A stretch of 64,000 bases of DNA, taken from Planktothrix sp. GU0601_MAG3. GTDB taxonomy: Bacteria > Cyanobacteriota > Cyanobacteriia > Cyanobacteriales > Microcoleaceae. The DNA is taken from assembly GCA_035193785.1 (NCBI GenBank), contig CP136572.1, positions 4,724,578 to 4,788,577 on the forward strand. The letters are read 5' to 3'. Every line of letters begins with the position of its first letter. Position 1 is the stretch's first letter. Below, one piece after another: positions 45,741-56,724 of this stretch. The notes under the pieces were generated by a model. It was not told the origin of the DNA. It worked only from the letters and a program-made list of their open reading frames with translations, and ran no database searches. The translations under genes were made by a program, and so were the position numbers.

Positions 45741-45744
45741 AGAT

Positions 45745-45791
45745 GTAGTGAGCCCTTCAGGGCTCTCTAGGATGCGCTTAGGCGCAACAAC
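45745..45791 (+). repeat. 47-bp REP-doublet, right island boundary
   Basis: Direct repeat of 42055-42101; overlaps the 3' end of the kinase gene. Confidence 0.85.
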
Positions 45792-47744
45792 GGACGCCAT
45801 ATTTTAATTGTTCCATCTTGACTCCCGCTAACTATTGTTTGATTATCGGGACTAATTGCAATGGAATAAATAATACCTGTATGTCCGGTTAAGGTACAAA
45901 TTTCTTCTCCTGTTTCTATTTCCCATAGTTTAATTGTTTGGTCTTCACTCCCACTGACTAATATTTTATTATCTGAAGTAATAGCAACAGAATAAACACC
46001 GCCTGAATGTCCTTCTAAACTTCTGATAATATTTCCTGTTCCCGGTTGCCACAATATAATCGTATTATCTCCACTTCCACTTGCTAATATTTGACCATCA
46101 GAACTAAAAGCAAGAGATAAAACATTATCTGAGTGTCCTTTAATTAAGCGCATGAGTTTTCTGGTCTGAATATTCCATATTGCTATACTGCTAAAATAGC
46201 TACTTGCTACAGTGTTACCAATAGGGGCGAAAATTATTGCTTGTTCGTGTTTTGTATCATCCCACTTATTTGTTACTAACAATGATTTTTCACCCAATGT
46301 TTGAAATATAATATAAATATTTTCATAAATTTTACGACCTCTTACTTCTTTATCATTAGTTAATAAGGCAAGATTATTTTCATTATTAGATTGAATAGCT
46401 AATGCTGTAAAAATACCATTAAGACTTTTAGTTAAAATACTAATTTCTTCTCTAGTCTCTAAACTCCAAAGTCTCACGGTTTTATCATAACTTCCACTAA
46501 CAATATTTTGACCATCAGAACTAATAGCAATTGCTCTGACTACCCCAGTATGTCCTATTAAGGTTTTCTCTAATTCTCCTGTTTTAAAATCCCAAATTTT
46601 TATTGTAAAATCTTCACTACAACTCACGATATTTTTACCGTCAGGAGTAATAGCAACCCCATAAATTACCCAAGTATGAGCAATTAATGTTTTCACACAT
46701 TCCCACTTTTGAGCTTGATTATTTAAAGGCAGTGCAAGCGTCTCGCTTGCTAATATTCCTAAATCATCGCTTGCTAATATTCCTAAATCATCGCTTGCTA
46801 ATATTCCTAAATTATTATTGTCTAATACCTCTAAATTATCAATTGCTAATTCTTCCCCAAAATTAGATAAAGAATTGTTTAAATCCGTTAAAATATCCCT
46901 AGCTGACTGATAGCGTCGTTTAATGGCACTTTCAATCATTTTATCCAAAATCAACCCTAATTCCTCACTGACCGGATGTTTTAAATGTTCTCGCCAAACC
47001 CAGATACCCTCCTCATCATCAAATAAATCTATCGGTTCCACTTGGGTTAATAAATGTAGACAAGTCACCCCTAAACTATAAATATCACTGGCAAAAATAC
47101 CCTTTCCCTTCGCCTGTTCGGGGGCAATATAATCAGAAGTCCCAATAATTGTTCCGGTGACGGTAAATGCGTTTTTTTGGGTAAATTTAGCCGAACCAAA
47201 ATCCACTAAAACAAACTTTCCGTTAGGACGACGAATAATATTAGCGGGTTTAATATCCCTGTGAATCACATTTTTATCATGGATAAAATCTAATAGGGGA
47301 ATTAAACAGATTAAAAGATATTGAATCTGAGTTTGATTAAATGCTCCTTCCTGAAACTAGAATTTTTGCTAAATTTTCCCCTGCGATGAACTCTTGGATT
47401 AAATATTGTTGTTGATTAATCGTAATATAAGCTAAAAGCTCAGGAATATGAGGGTATTTACCTAATTCATCTAACCTAATTGCCTCTTGTGCAAATAATT
47501 CCGATGCTTTTTGCCAGGTATCAGCATCTTGAGATTGGGGAAAAAATTGTTTGATGACACAGCGCGGTTTAGAAGGTTTATCCTCATCAACGGCTAAAAA
47601 TGTTTTGCCAAATCCCCCTTGTCCAATGATATCAATGGCTTGATATCGGTCTTTTAACCGTAGTTGATTCCCACAGGTTAAACAAAATTGACTCTGATCG
47701 GAATTATAGGGTTTAGCACATTCGGGATTCAAACAATAGGCCAT
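45767..47744 (-). CDS. Ser/Thr protein kinase with N-terminal Cys4 motif and WD40 repeats (+1 at GTTC ~47354)
   Basis: YCLNPEC..CLTCG, GQGGFG, HRDIKPAN, DFG, APE; GH..WD repeats. Confidence 0.92.
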
Positions 47745-47948
47745 AGAAACATTTCTAGCATTCCAGTCCAATTGGAGAATATTCCATTGGATCGGTAATA
47801 GCCATCCTTACTTTGTGTCAAGGGTACTTTTGTGGTTATTTTAACACAACAATAGCTGGCAATGACTCAAAAATAGCCATTGCCAGTCTAAAGTTTGTGT
47901 AGGTTCAAATTCAGTCTCAGGATTTAGTTAAAAACAATATTCCTGGGA

Positions 47949-48350
47949 TTATTCTTCGTCGTCTCCAGCTTCAACTTGTTTGAGGTGAATATGCTTACGT
48001 CCGAGGGAAATTTCAAACTCGTCACCAGCCGTTAAATCCATTTGTTTTGTATAGGCTGCACCAATCAACAAGTTTCCATTTGATTGCACACTAATTCTAT
48101 AACTAGCGGAGCGTCCACCCCGGCCGTTTCCTTGTTGTTTGCCATCTAACTCAATTCCCTCAGCATCAATTAAGGCATTGAGGAATTTCATCATGTTGAC
48201 ACGCTCAACATTATTCTTAGTCAGGGTGTAGTAACCACATTCTCTAGCCTTTTCCTCTTTGCTCAGATGTTCAAGTCCTTTGACTTTATCGAGTAGAGCT
48301 TCTCCAGTTAGAGGCTGAGGTTGGGGATCAGAACTTTTCTTTTTAACCAT
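47949..48350 (-). CDS. Cyanobacterial AbrB-like regulator (cyAbrB)
   Basis: LTGEALLDKVK, ARECGY, YRISVQSNGNLLIGAAYT. Confidence 0.92.
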   Translation of the reverse strand: MVKKKSSDPQPQPLTGEALLDKVKGLEHLSKEEKARECGYYTLTKNNVERVNMMKFLNALIDAEGIELDGKQQGNGRGGRSASYRISVQSNGNLLIGAAYTKQMDLTAGDEFEISLGRKHIHLKQVEAGDDEE

Positions 48351-48819
48351 TAACTTTGCCTGTAAATATTTTACTAAAGGTCTTGACTTTTATCGTGGGT
48401 GGGTGATAGATCACCCAGATCGTTTAGCTAGATCCTTACTTGAGAAACTATATTACACTAATTCAGAAAATTATTCACCTATTTTTTAAATTTTTTATTG
48501 GATCTAATTCCGGTCAAGGAGTTGAGTGGAAGGGTGGGACATCCAACAACTCGGGATCGGGTTCAGCTATCAGCTTTTCGGGAATAGTATCAATCCCTAT
48601 CGCATCAACTTAAACCCCCCTTTCAATCTAAAACTCACCTGTCCAGACTGATGAGAAGTTATCAACTCCAGACTAAACTCTTGAGGGAAGGATATTGCCG
48701 TGGTATTGCTGAGAGTTGTAGCGAATTCCGTTTAAGTATGCTCAACTTGGTAGAATTACCTCAAGACCATCTTTGTCCTTTGAAACTCCATTGCCAAGTT
48801 ATCTATTTTATTACCCAGA

Positions 48820-49264
48820 ATGAAGTTAACTACACGGGGACACTATAGCGTTAAAGCCTTGCTTGATCTATCCCTACAACGGGGGATGGGGCCGACTTCT
48901 GTAAATGCGATCGCACAGCGCCAAAATATTCCTGCACCCTATCTGGAAAAACTCCTGATCGAGATGCGACGATCGGGGTTAGTTGAATCAGTTAGAGGTG
49001 CTCAAGGAGGCTATCAATTGGCAAAATCTCCAGCCCAAATCTCCCTAGGACAAATATTAGAAGCAGTGGGAGAAACTATTGAAACCCTTACCCCGCCATC
49101 AAGTGGATATTGAACAAGCAGAAGACTGGGTGACTTTTACCCTGTGGAATCGGTTACACCAAAAGCTGAAAGAGGCACTCTATGGGATTTCCCTGGAGGA
49201 TCTCTATTATGATGCTCGCAGTTGGCAAGCCGCCCAGGGGGAAGAAACAAGTTTTGTGGTTTAG
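48820..49264 (+). CDS. Rrf2-family transcriptional regulator (+1 at GAAC ~49081)
   Basis: MKLTTRGHYSVKALLDL, YLEKLL, SVRGAQGGY. Confidence 0.9.
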
Positions 49265-49327
49265 GAAATTTTGCACCCTAGAAGTTGAGTTCCAGATTGA
49301 TTGTCCTTTTCTATTTATCGATTGTCC

Positions 49328-50326
49328 ATGACGGATTTTAATTCCCTGATCATTTTATTGATTGCGGCTGCGGGTGATTATCTGATTGGAGATCCCAAAA
49401 GTTGGTTACATCCGGTGCAGGTGATGGGGTGGATAATCACTTACTATACTCAAATTTTCTTTAAATACTTTAATCAACCGAGAATTCTGCGGGTGGCGGG
49501 GGTGTTTCTGACCCTAATTGTGATATGGGGGAGTGCCTTGGCGGTGATGTTAATTAGAGATGGGGTACGGGTGCTAGTTGTCAAATTTTCACTGCCGGAA
49601 ATTTTGAGTATTGCAGTAGAAAGTATTCTCCTGGCCAGTTGTTTTGCGGGTCGCAGTTTAAGGGACTCCGCCGAGGATGTTCTCTATTGGATTGATCAAG
49701 GAGATTTGGTCACGGCTCGTCAACGATTAAGTCGTTATGTAGGTCGAGATACCGAAACCCTATCGGAGTCAGAAATCCTTAGAGCCGTTTTAGAAACCGT
49801 CACGGAAAATGCCACCGATGGTGTGATGGCTCCTTTATTTTATGCCTTAATTGGTGCGGTACTGCCGGGGGTCGGTAGTGTCCCCCTTACTTTTGCCTAC
49901 AAAGCCGCTAGTACCCTTGATTCTATGGTGGGTTATCGAGAGGCTCCCTATGGGGATATTGGATGGTTTAGTGCCAAATTAGAGGATATTTTGACCTGGC
50001 TTCCCTGTCGATTAACGGTGATCATGATCGCCATATTATCAGGAAAACCGAAATATGTTTTAAGTATTTGTCAACGGGATGCTGTTTTTGATCCGAGTCC
50101 GAATGCGGGATGGAGTGAATGTGCTTATGCTGCCGCCTTGGGGGTACAACTGGGGGGAGAAAATTCCTATCGGGGGGTGATTAAACAGAAACCTTTGTTG
50201 GGAGATCCCCAACAACCGATTACCTCTAATACCATAAAAAAAGCATTGCAACTGACTCGATACAGTTTTTTAATTACGTTAGGATTATTTACGGGGGGAT
50301 TTATCCTTTTGAACTGGGGGAACTAA
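49328..50326 (+). CDS. cbiB: Adenosylcobinamide-phosphate synthase CbiB/CobD
   Basis: [39 protein letters not shown]. Confidence 0.93.
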   Translation: MTDFNSLIILLIAAAGDYLIGDPKSWLHPVQVMGWIITYYTQIFFKYFNQPRILRVAGVFLTLIVIWGSALAVMLIRDGVRVLVVKFSLPEILSIAVESILLASCFAGRSLRDSAEDVLYWIDQGDLVTARQRLSRYVGRDTETLSESEILRAVLETVTENATDGVMAPLFYALIGAVLPGVGSVPLTFAYKAASTLDSMVGYREAPYGDIGWFSAKLEDILTWLPCRLTVIMIAILSGKPKYVLSICQRDAVFDPSPNAGWSECAYAAALGVQLGGENSYRGVIKQKPLLGDPQQPITSNTIKKALQLTRYSFLITLGLFTGGFILLNWGN

Positions 50327-50367
50327 TCTCGCATTGTTTAAAAAACTCAAGATTGTTAATCCTTAAT

Positions 50368-50908
50368 ATGACAAAAATTGTTGAAATTCTGTCTGCGGCT
50401 GAAATCCGGCGAACACTCACCCGGATGGCTTCCCAAATTGTGGAAAAATACGGGGATTTAGATAATTTAGTCCTACTCGGAATCTACACCCGGGGGGTTC
50501 TGTTGGCGGAAATTTTGGCTCATCAAATTGAAGTCTTGGAACAGGTAAGGGTTTCCGATGGGGGCCTTGGATATTACGTTTTATCGAGATGATTTAGACC
50601 AAGTGGGAATGCGAACTCCAGAAAAAACTAAAATTCCCTTTGACTTGACGGGGAAAACCGTGGTTTTAGTGGATGATGTGATTTATAAAGGTAGAACAAT
50701 TCGGGCGGCGCTGAACGCGGTGATCGATTATGGACGTCCTGAAACCATTGGGTTAGCGGTTCTGGTGGATCGGGGTCATCGGCAACTTCCGATTCATCCT
50801 GATTTTACAGGTAAAATACTCCCCACCGCCAAGGAAGAACAGGTGAAGGTCTATTTAGAAGATCTGGATGGACGGGATGCGGTGGAATTATTGTCTCCGA
50901 TTTCTTAG
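50368..50908 (+). CDS. pyrR: Bifunctional pyr regulator/uracil phosphoribosyltransferase (+1 at GTTC ~50551)
   Basis: [35 protein letters not shown]. Confidence 0.93.
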
Positions 50909-50992
50909 AAAAAATCTCAGAAAAAACCGTTGTTGCGCTTCAGCGCTCTTAGTCAGGCCTTGAGCAGCAACAACCAACTTTTTTCAGGGCGC

Positions 50993-52322
50993 TTAGGTTT
51001 GTTTTCCCTTCAATAAATAGGTGGTCATTTGTCCTTTACCTTTGACCTCAATAACTCCTCGCTTTTCAAATAGATATTTTTCTTTTAACACAAAATAGGT
51101 GGTTTCTGTAACTTGAATTTCATCAGCAATACCATGGGACTCCATGCGACTGGCAATATTAACCGTATCTCCCCATAAATCATAAATAAACTTCTTAATT
51201 CCAATGACTCCCGCCACTACCGGGCCAGTAGCAATTCCAATTCTAATATGAAAATTTTGTTGGGTTTTGAGATTAAATTCTCCCAAGGTTTTTTGCATAT
51301 CTAATGCCATATTGGCGATCGCTTCTGCATAATCATCATGGGGAATTGGCAAACCGGAAACCACCATATAAGAATCACCGATAGTTTTAATTTTTTCTAA
51401 CCCATGGAGTTCAGCTAAATGATCAAATTCCGAAAAGATTTGATTGAGTAAATCAACTAATTGTGGCGGATCAAAACGTCCTGAAAGTTCAGTAAAACCG
51501 ACAATATCAGCAAATAAAACCCCAGCATCGGTGAAACTATCGGCAATCGTAGTGGGTTTCAGTTTTAACCTTTGGGCAATGGAATGGGGTAGAATATTTA
51601 AGAGTAAACTTTCTGAGCGTTTCCTGTTCTTCTTTAACTTGACTATAGGCCAGTTCTAAGGCTTGACGAGAGTTAAATTCTGATCGGGCTAAACGATCAT
51701 ATAAATACACCGAAAGATTACAAATTAAACAAATCCAAAATAGATAGAGAAACAGGAAATCAGCCGTCATCCAATCGGCGGGAAGCTCAACTTTTAGATT
51801 GAATAAAATTTGACTACCATGATAATAAACAAATACCCCTAATTGCGAAATTAAATGCAACGGCCAATAGACCGGAATTAAGGTGGCTTGGGAAAAAAAC
51901 ATCAGGGGCCATTCAATAATTGAAGCCCGGGCGACTCCACTTAAGGTTTCTCGAATTTGGGGGGTAATGGTCACCAACCAAGAAAATAGTAGAAACATTG
52001 AGGCTGGATGTTGGTGACCCAGGGGAGTTCTCAGGAGCAATAAACCGATAATTAAACCGCACTCGACGACGATTTGCGTGGCTAACCAAGAGGGTTGAAA
52101 ATGCTCAGGATTAAAGAAAAAGTTGTTGATTTCTGAAATACTAAAGGTAAAATAGGAAACCAGGGCTAGGCTAAACCCTAAATTTAAGCGTTTTTGAATG
52201 AAATGCTTTCGCCAACCATCATAAGTCGGAGTCTGAGATAGAACAAAACCAGAAGAAAATATCTTCAATTTTGTTTGAATAAATGCCCCAAATTCTGCTA
52301 GTCTTGATTCAGTTGTAGTCAT
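50993..52322 (-). CDS. Membrane-bound class III adenylate/guanylate cyclase (+1 at GAAC ~51619)
   Basis: N-terminal TM segments; LFADIVGFT, EKIKTIGD, YDLWGDTVNIASRMES, KGKG. Confidence 0.9.
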
Positions 52323-52393
52323 GGGTTACTTGGGTTTCCTGAAGGAGATTCATACAATCTTACGAGGATCAATTATTTTCCAATTACCTTGAA

Positions 52394-53783
52394 TTGAATG
52401 TGATAACAACTGTGAATAATAATCCACGCCAAGTTGCATTTTTAGCACTCCGAGACATTAACCGACGGGGGGGGCTCGCAGATGTGGTTTTAGATCAATG
52501 GCTTCGTGAATCTGAGCTATCAGATATTAACCGACGCTTAACCACAGAATTAGTCTATGGTTGTGTGCGTAGACGGCGATCGCTTGATAGTTTAATCGAT
52601 TACTTAGCCCCGAAAAAATCCCATCAACAGCACCCGGATATTCGTACTATACTACATCTTGGTTTTTATCAAATTTGCTATTTGAATCAGGTGCCCAATT
52701 CGGCGGCGGTCGATACAAGCGTTGAATTAGTTAAACACAATGGACTAAACCATTTTAGTGGCTTTGTCAATGGGGTATTGAGACATTATATTCGAGAATC
52801 CGAAAAGTGTCCTGTAGAAACTTCTGATCCTTTTAACTCTATTTTTACTCCCTTTAAATTACCCCAAAATCCCATAGAAAAATTAGGAATAATTTATAGT
52901 TTCCCCGACTGGCTAATTCAATTTTGGTTAGATATTTTAGGGACGGAAGAAACAGAACAACTTTGTAGTTGGTTTAATCAATCCCCCGCCATTGATTTAA
53001 GAATTAATCCCCTACAAACCACTTTAGAAACCGTAGAATTAGAATTTCAATCTCGGGGAATTTCTGTGCATCGAATTTCCGGTTTACCTCTGGGATTAAG
53101 ATTAACTGGTAGTATCGGATCAATTAAAAATTTACCCGGTTATGATCAAGGTTGGTGGTCAATTCAAGATAGTAGTGCCCAATGGGTTAGCCATTTATTA
53201 GATCCCCAACCCGGAGAAACTATTATTGATACCTGTGCCGCCCCCGGGGGAAAAACCACCCATATTGCTGAATTAATTCAAGATCAAGGTGAGGTTTTAG
53301 CCTTTGATTTGATGAAATCCAGACTGAAAAAAATTAAGCAAAATTCAACTCGATTAAAACTTAATTCTATTCAAATTAAAGCTGGCGATGCTCGGAAATT
53401 AGAGGGTTATTTTGAAATAGCTGATCGACTATTATTAGATGCCCCCTGTTCCGGTTTGGGAACCCTACATCGACGGGCTGATAGTCGATGGCGACATGAT
53501 CCTAAAAATATCCAAGACCTGTCTCAATTGCAATCTGAACTCTTAGAAACCACTCAAAATTGGGTCAAACCCGGCGGCTGTTTAGTCTATGCCACCTGCA
53601 CCCTCCATCCCCAAGAAAATGAAACCATAATTCAAAATTTTTTAAGTCAACATTCTAACTGGAAAATTCAACCTCCCCCCGAAGGTTTTTATCTAATTCC
53701 CGAAACCCCCAGGCTGGATTCAGATTTGGCCCCATAGACAGAATATGGATGGATTTTTTATGGTAAAATTAATTAAAAATTAA
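52394..53783 (+). CDS. rsmB: 16S rRNA m5C967 methyltransferase (+1 at GAAC ~53702)
   Basis: NusB-like N-terminus, DTCAAPGGKT, DAPCSGLG, YATCT, MDGFF. Confidence 0.93.
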
Positions 53784-53803
53784 ACTTAATTATTATTAAC
53801 TTT

Positions 53804-56560
53804 ATGCACCTAATTCTATGCCATACAACCGTTGATTTTGATGCCCTGGGCGCGGCGGTGGGATTAACTCGAATTTACCACGGCAGTCGCATTGTCTTAG
53901 CGGGGGGAAGTCATCCGGCGGTGAGGGATTTCTTAGCATTATATCGAGATGAATTTGCTTTAATTGAACGGCGGTCTGTGAATCCTAATAAAATTCATTC
54001 CATTAGTGTAGTTGATACCCAAAGTTCCGATCGCTTAGGAAAAAGTGCCGAATGGTTGAAATTAGCCAATTTATCTGCCATTAAAATATACGATCATCAT
54101 CCAGATATCATATCGGATATTCCCGCCACCGAAACCTATATTGAAGAAGTGGGGGCGACAACTACATTAATTGTAGAACTGTTAAGAAATCGACCTCAAA
54201 AAACGCTTTTAACCACCGCAGAAGCAACGGTAATGGCATTAGGAATCCATTTAGATACGGGTTCCTTAACCTTTCCCCATTCCACCGCTAGAGATGCCAT
54301 AGCACTTGCTTGGTTAATGGAGCAAGGCGCTAATTTACCCGTGATTGCTGAATATGTAGAACCCGGTTTACCCCAAAAATTACAAGAGTTATTAAGTCTA
54401 GCTTTAGAAAAACTACAAAAATCAACCATCAGAGGTTATACCGTCGCTTGGATTTTATTTAAAACCGATGAATATGTGCCGGGTTTATCAACTTTGGCAT
54501 CGGAATTAATTGATTTAACCGAAAGTGATGCCCTATTATTAGCTAATCAATATGGCCGGGGAGAAGGCGATCGATTAAGTATTATTGGACGGTCTCGAAT
54601 TGAAAAAACCAACTTAAATGAACTATTTAAACCTTACGGGGGTGGGGGTCATACCCGGGCGGCTTCCGTAGTTTTAAAAGAAGGCAATTTTATCGAGATT
54701 TTAGAACAGTTAGTTGAACAATTAAAAGCACAAATTCCTCACCCACCCACGGCGCAAGAATTAATGTCCTCTCCGGTGAGAAAACCATTCGCCCCGATAC
54801 CTCCGTCGAAGAAGCCCACCGGATTTTATTACGTTATGATCATTCTGGTCTTTCGGTAGTAGATGAACAGGATCAATTAGTAGGAATTATTTCCCGTCGA
54901 GACTTAGATATTGCCCTGCACCATGGCTTTAGTCACGCCCCGGTTAAGGGCTACATGACTCCCCAATTAAAAACTATTACTCCCGAAACAACTCTACCAG
55001 AAATTGAAGCCTTGATGGTCACCTATGATATTGGTAGATTGCCCGTTTTACAAGATAAAAATTTAGTGGGAATTGTCACTAGAACCGATGTTTTAAGGTT
55101 ACTTCATCAACAACAACGGCCTCAAAAATCAGTGTTCAAAGGGTGTATTCCTGGGTCAACTTGTACCAGTGTGGAAGAATTATTAGAAGAAAAATTAGCC
55201 ACCCCCCTATCAACCTTACTGAATCGTCTATCATTGTTGGCAGAAAAACGGGGTTGGCAAGTCTATTTAGTTGGGGGTGCAGTGCGAGATTTATTGTTAG
55301 CAGAACCGGAAACAACGGTGTTACTTAGTGATATTGATATTGTGGTAGATAGCTGTTATAATAATGCTAATTTTAACCCGGATATTTTATCATCTGTTTC
55401 TCCGGCGGTGGAATTGGCACGGGATTTACAAAAACATTATCCCGCAGCAAGATTAGATATTCATGGACAATTTCAAACCGCCGCTTTATTATGGCATAAT
55501 GACCCAATTTTAGATTCTCTTTGGATTGATATTGCCACTGCGAGAACGGAATTTTATCCCTATCCGGCGGCTAATCCTCAAGTCGAGGCGAGTTTCCATT
55601 CGTCAGGATTTATATCGACGGGATTTTACTATTAATGCTTTGGCGTTGCGGTTAACATCTCCCAAGGTGGGGGAATTATTAGACTTTTTTGGGGGAGTAT
55701 CGGATTTGGACTCTCGAAAAATTCGGGTTTTACACCCCAATAGTTTTATTGAAGATCCAACTCGAATTTATCGGGCGGTGCGGTTTGCAGTGCGGTTAGA
55801 ATTTGAAATTGAAGCTCAAACACAAGAGTATATTGGTTATGCGATTAGTAGTGGAATTTATGAGAAACAACGGGAAGAAAGTAATAAATCCTTTGATCAA
55901 AATCGTCGGGTTCCTGCTTTAGAAACGCGGTTAAAAAGTGAGTTAAAATATATTTTACAATCTCCCTATTGGAAACGGTCATTGCAACTTTTAGGGGAGT
56001 TAAAAGCATTGCGGTGTATTCATCCTACTTTAGAGTTAAGTCCGCAGTTATGGCGACAAATTCGGTCTGTTGATCGCTGTTTACAACGCTTTGATCCCCA
56101 AAGAACTTTAAACTATTGGGAGGTGCGTTTGGAGGTATTAGTAGCCTATTTATCCCCAGAATATCGGGAAAAAGTAGCCCAGAATCTTCAGCTACAGGTG
56201 GGAACTATTGAACGATTAAATAGTTTAGAATTAGCTAAAAATCAAATACTTGAAAATATATATAAACTTGAAAAGAATAGTCAGTTTTTCTGGTTATTTA
56301 AACCTTATAGTTTATCCACGTTAATTTTAATAGCGGTGCAATCTCCTCGGGAAGTCAGAAAGCGAATTTGGCAATATTTAACCCAATGGCGAGACATTAA
56401 ACCGCCTTTAAATGGTCATAATTTACAAGCCATGGGATATAAACCTAGTCATCAATTTAAGCAAATTTTGGATAATTTATTAACGCTTACCTTAGATGGG
56501 GAAATTGGCGATCGCCCTTCTGCTGAAGCCTTTTTAAAACGGAATTATCCGCTAAAATAA
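53804..56560 (+). CDS. DHH-CBS-tRNA nucleotidyltransferase (A-adding type); two insertions at GAAC/GTTC
   Basis: DFDALG, YDHH, GGGH, CBS pair, VGGAVRD, DIDI, RRDFTINA, EDPTRI. Confidence 0.9.
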
Positions 56561-56563
56561 AAT

Positions 56564-56706
56564 CCAATTCGTAGTGAGGCGTTCACGCCTCTTATTTACC
56601 AATTCGTAGTGAGGTGTTCACGCCTCTTATTTACCAATTCGTAGTGAGGCGTTTCACGCCTCTTATTTACCAATTCGTAGTGAGGCGTTCACGCCTCTTA
56701 TTTACC
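56564..56706. repeat. Four tandem 35-bp REP-like units
   Basis: CCAATTCGTAGTGAGGCGTTCACGCCTCTTATTTA x4 with no spacers; hairpin GAGGCG/CGCCTC. Confidence 0.92.
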
Positions 56707-56724
56707 GATAACTGAAATTAATTA

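Noticed and set aside
56564..56706. CRISPR array (35-bp palindromic repeats)
   Set aside because: The units are head-to-tail with no spacers and no cas genes are nearby.
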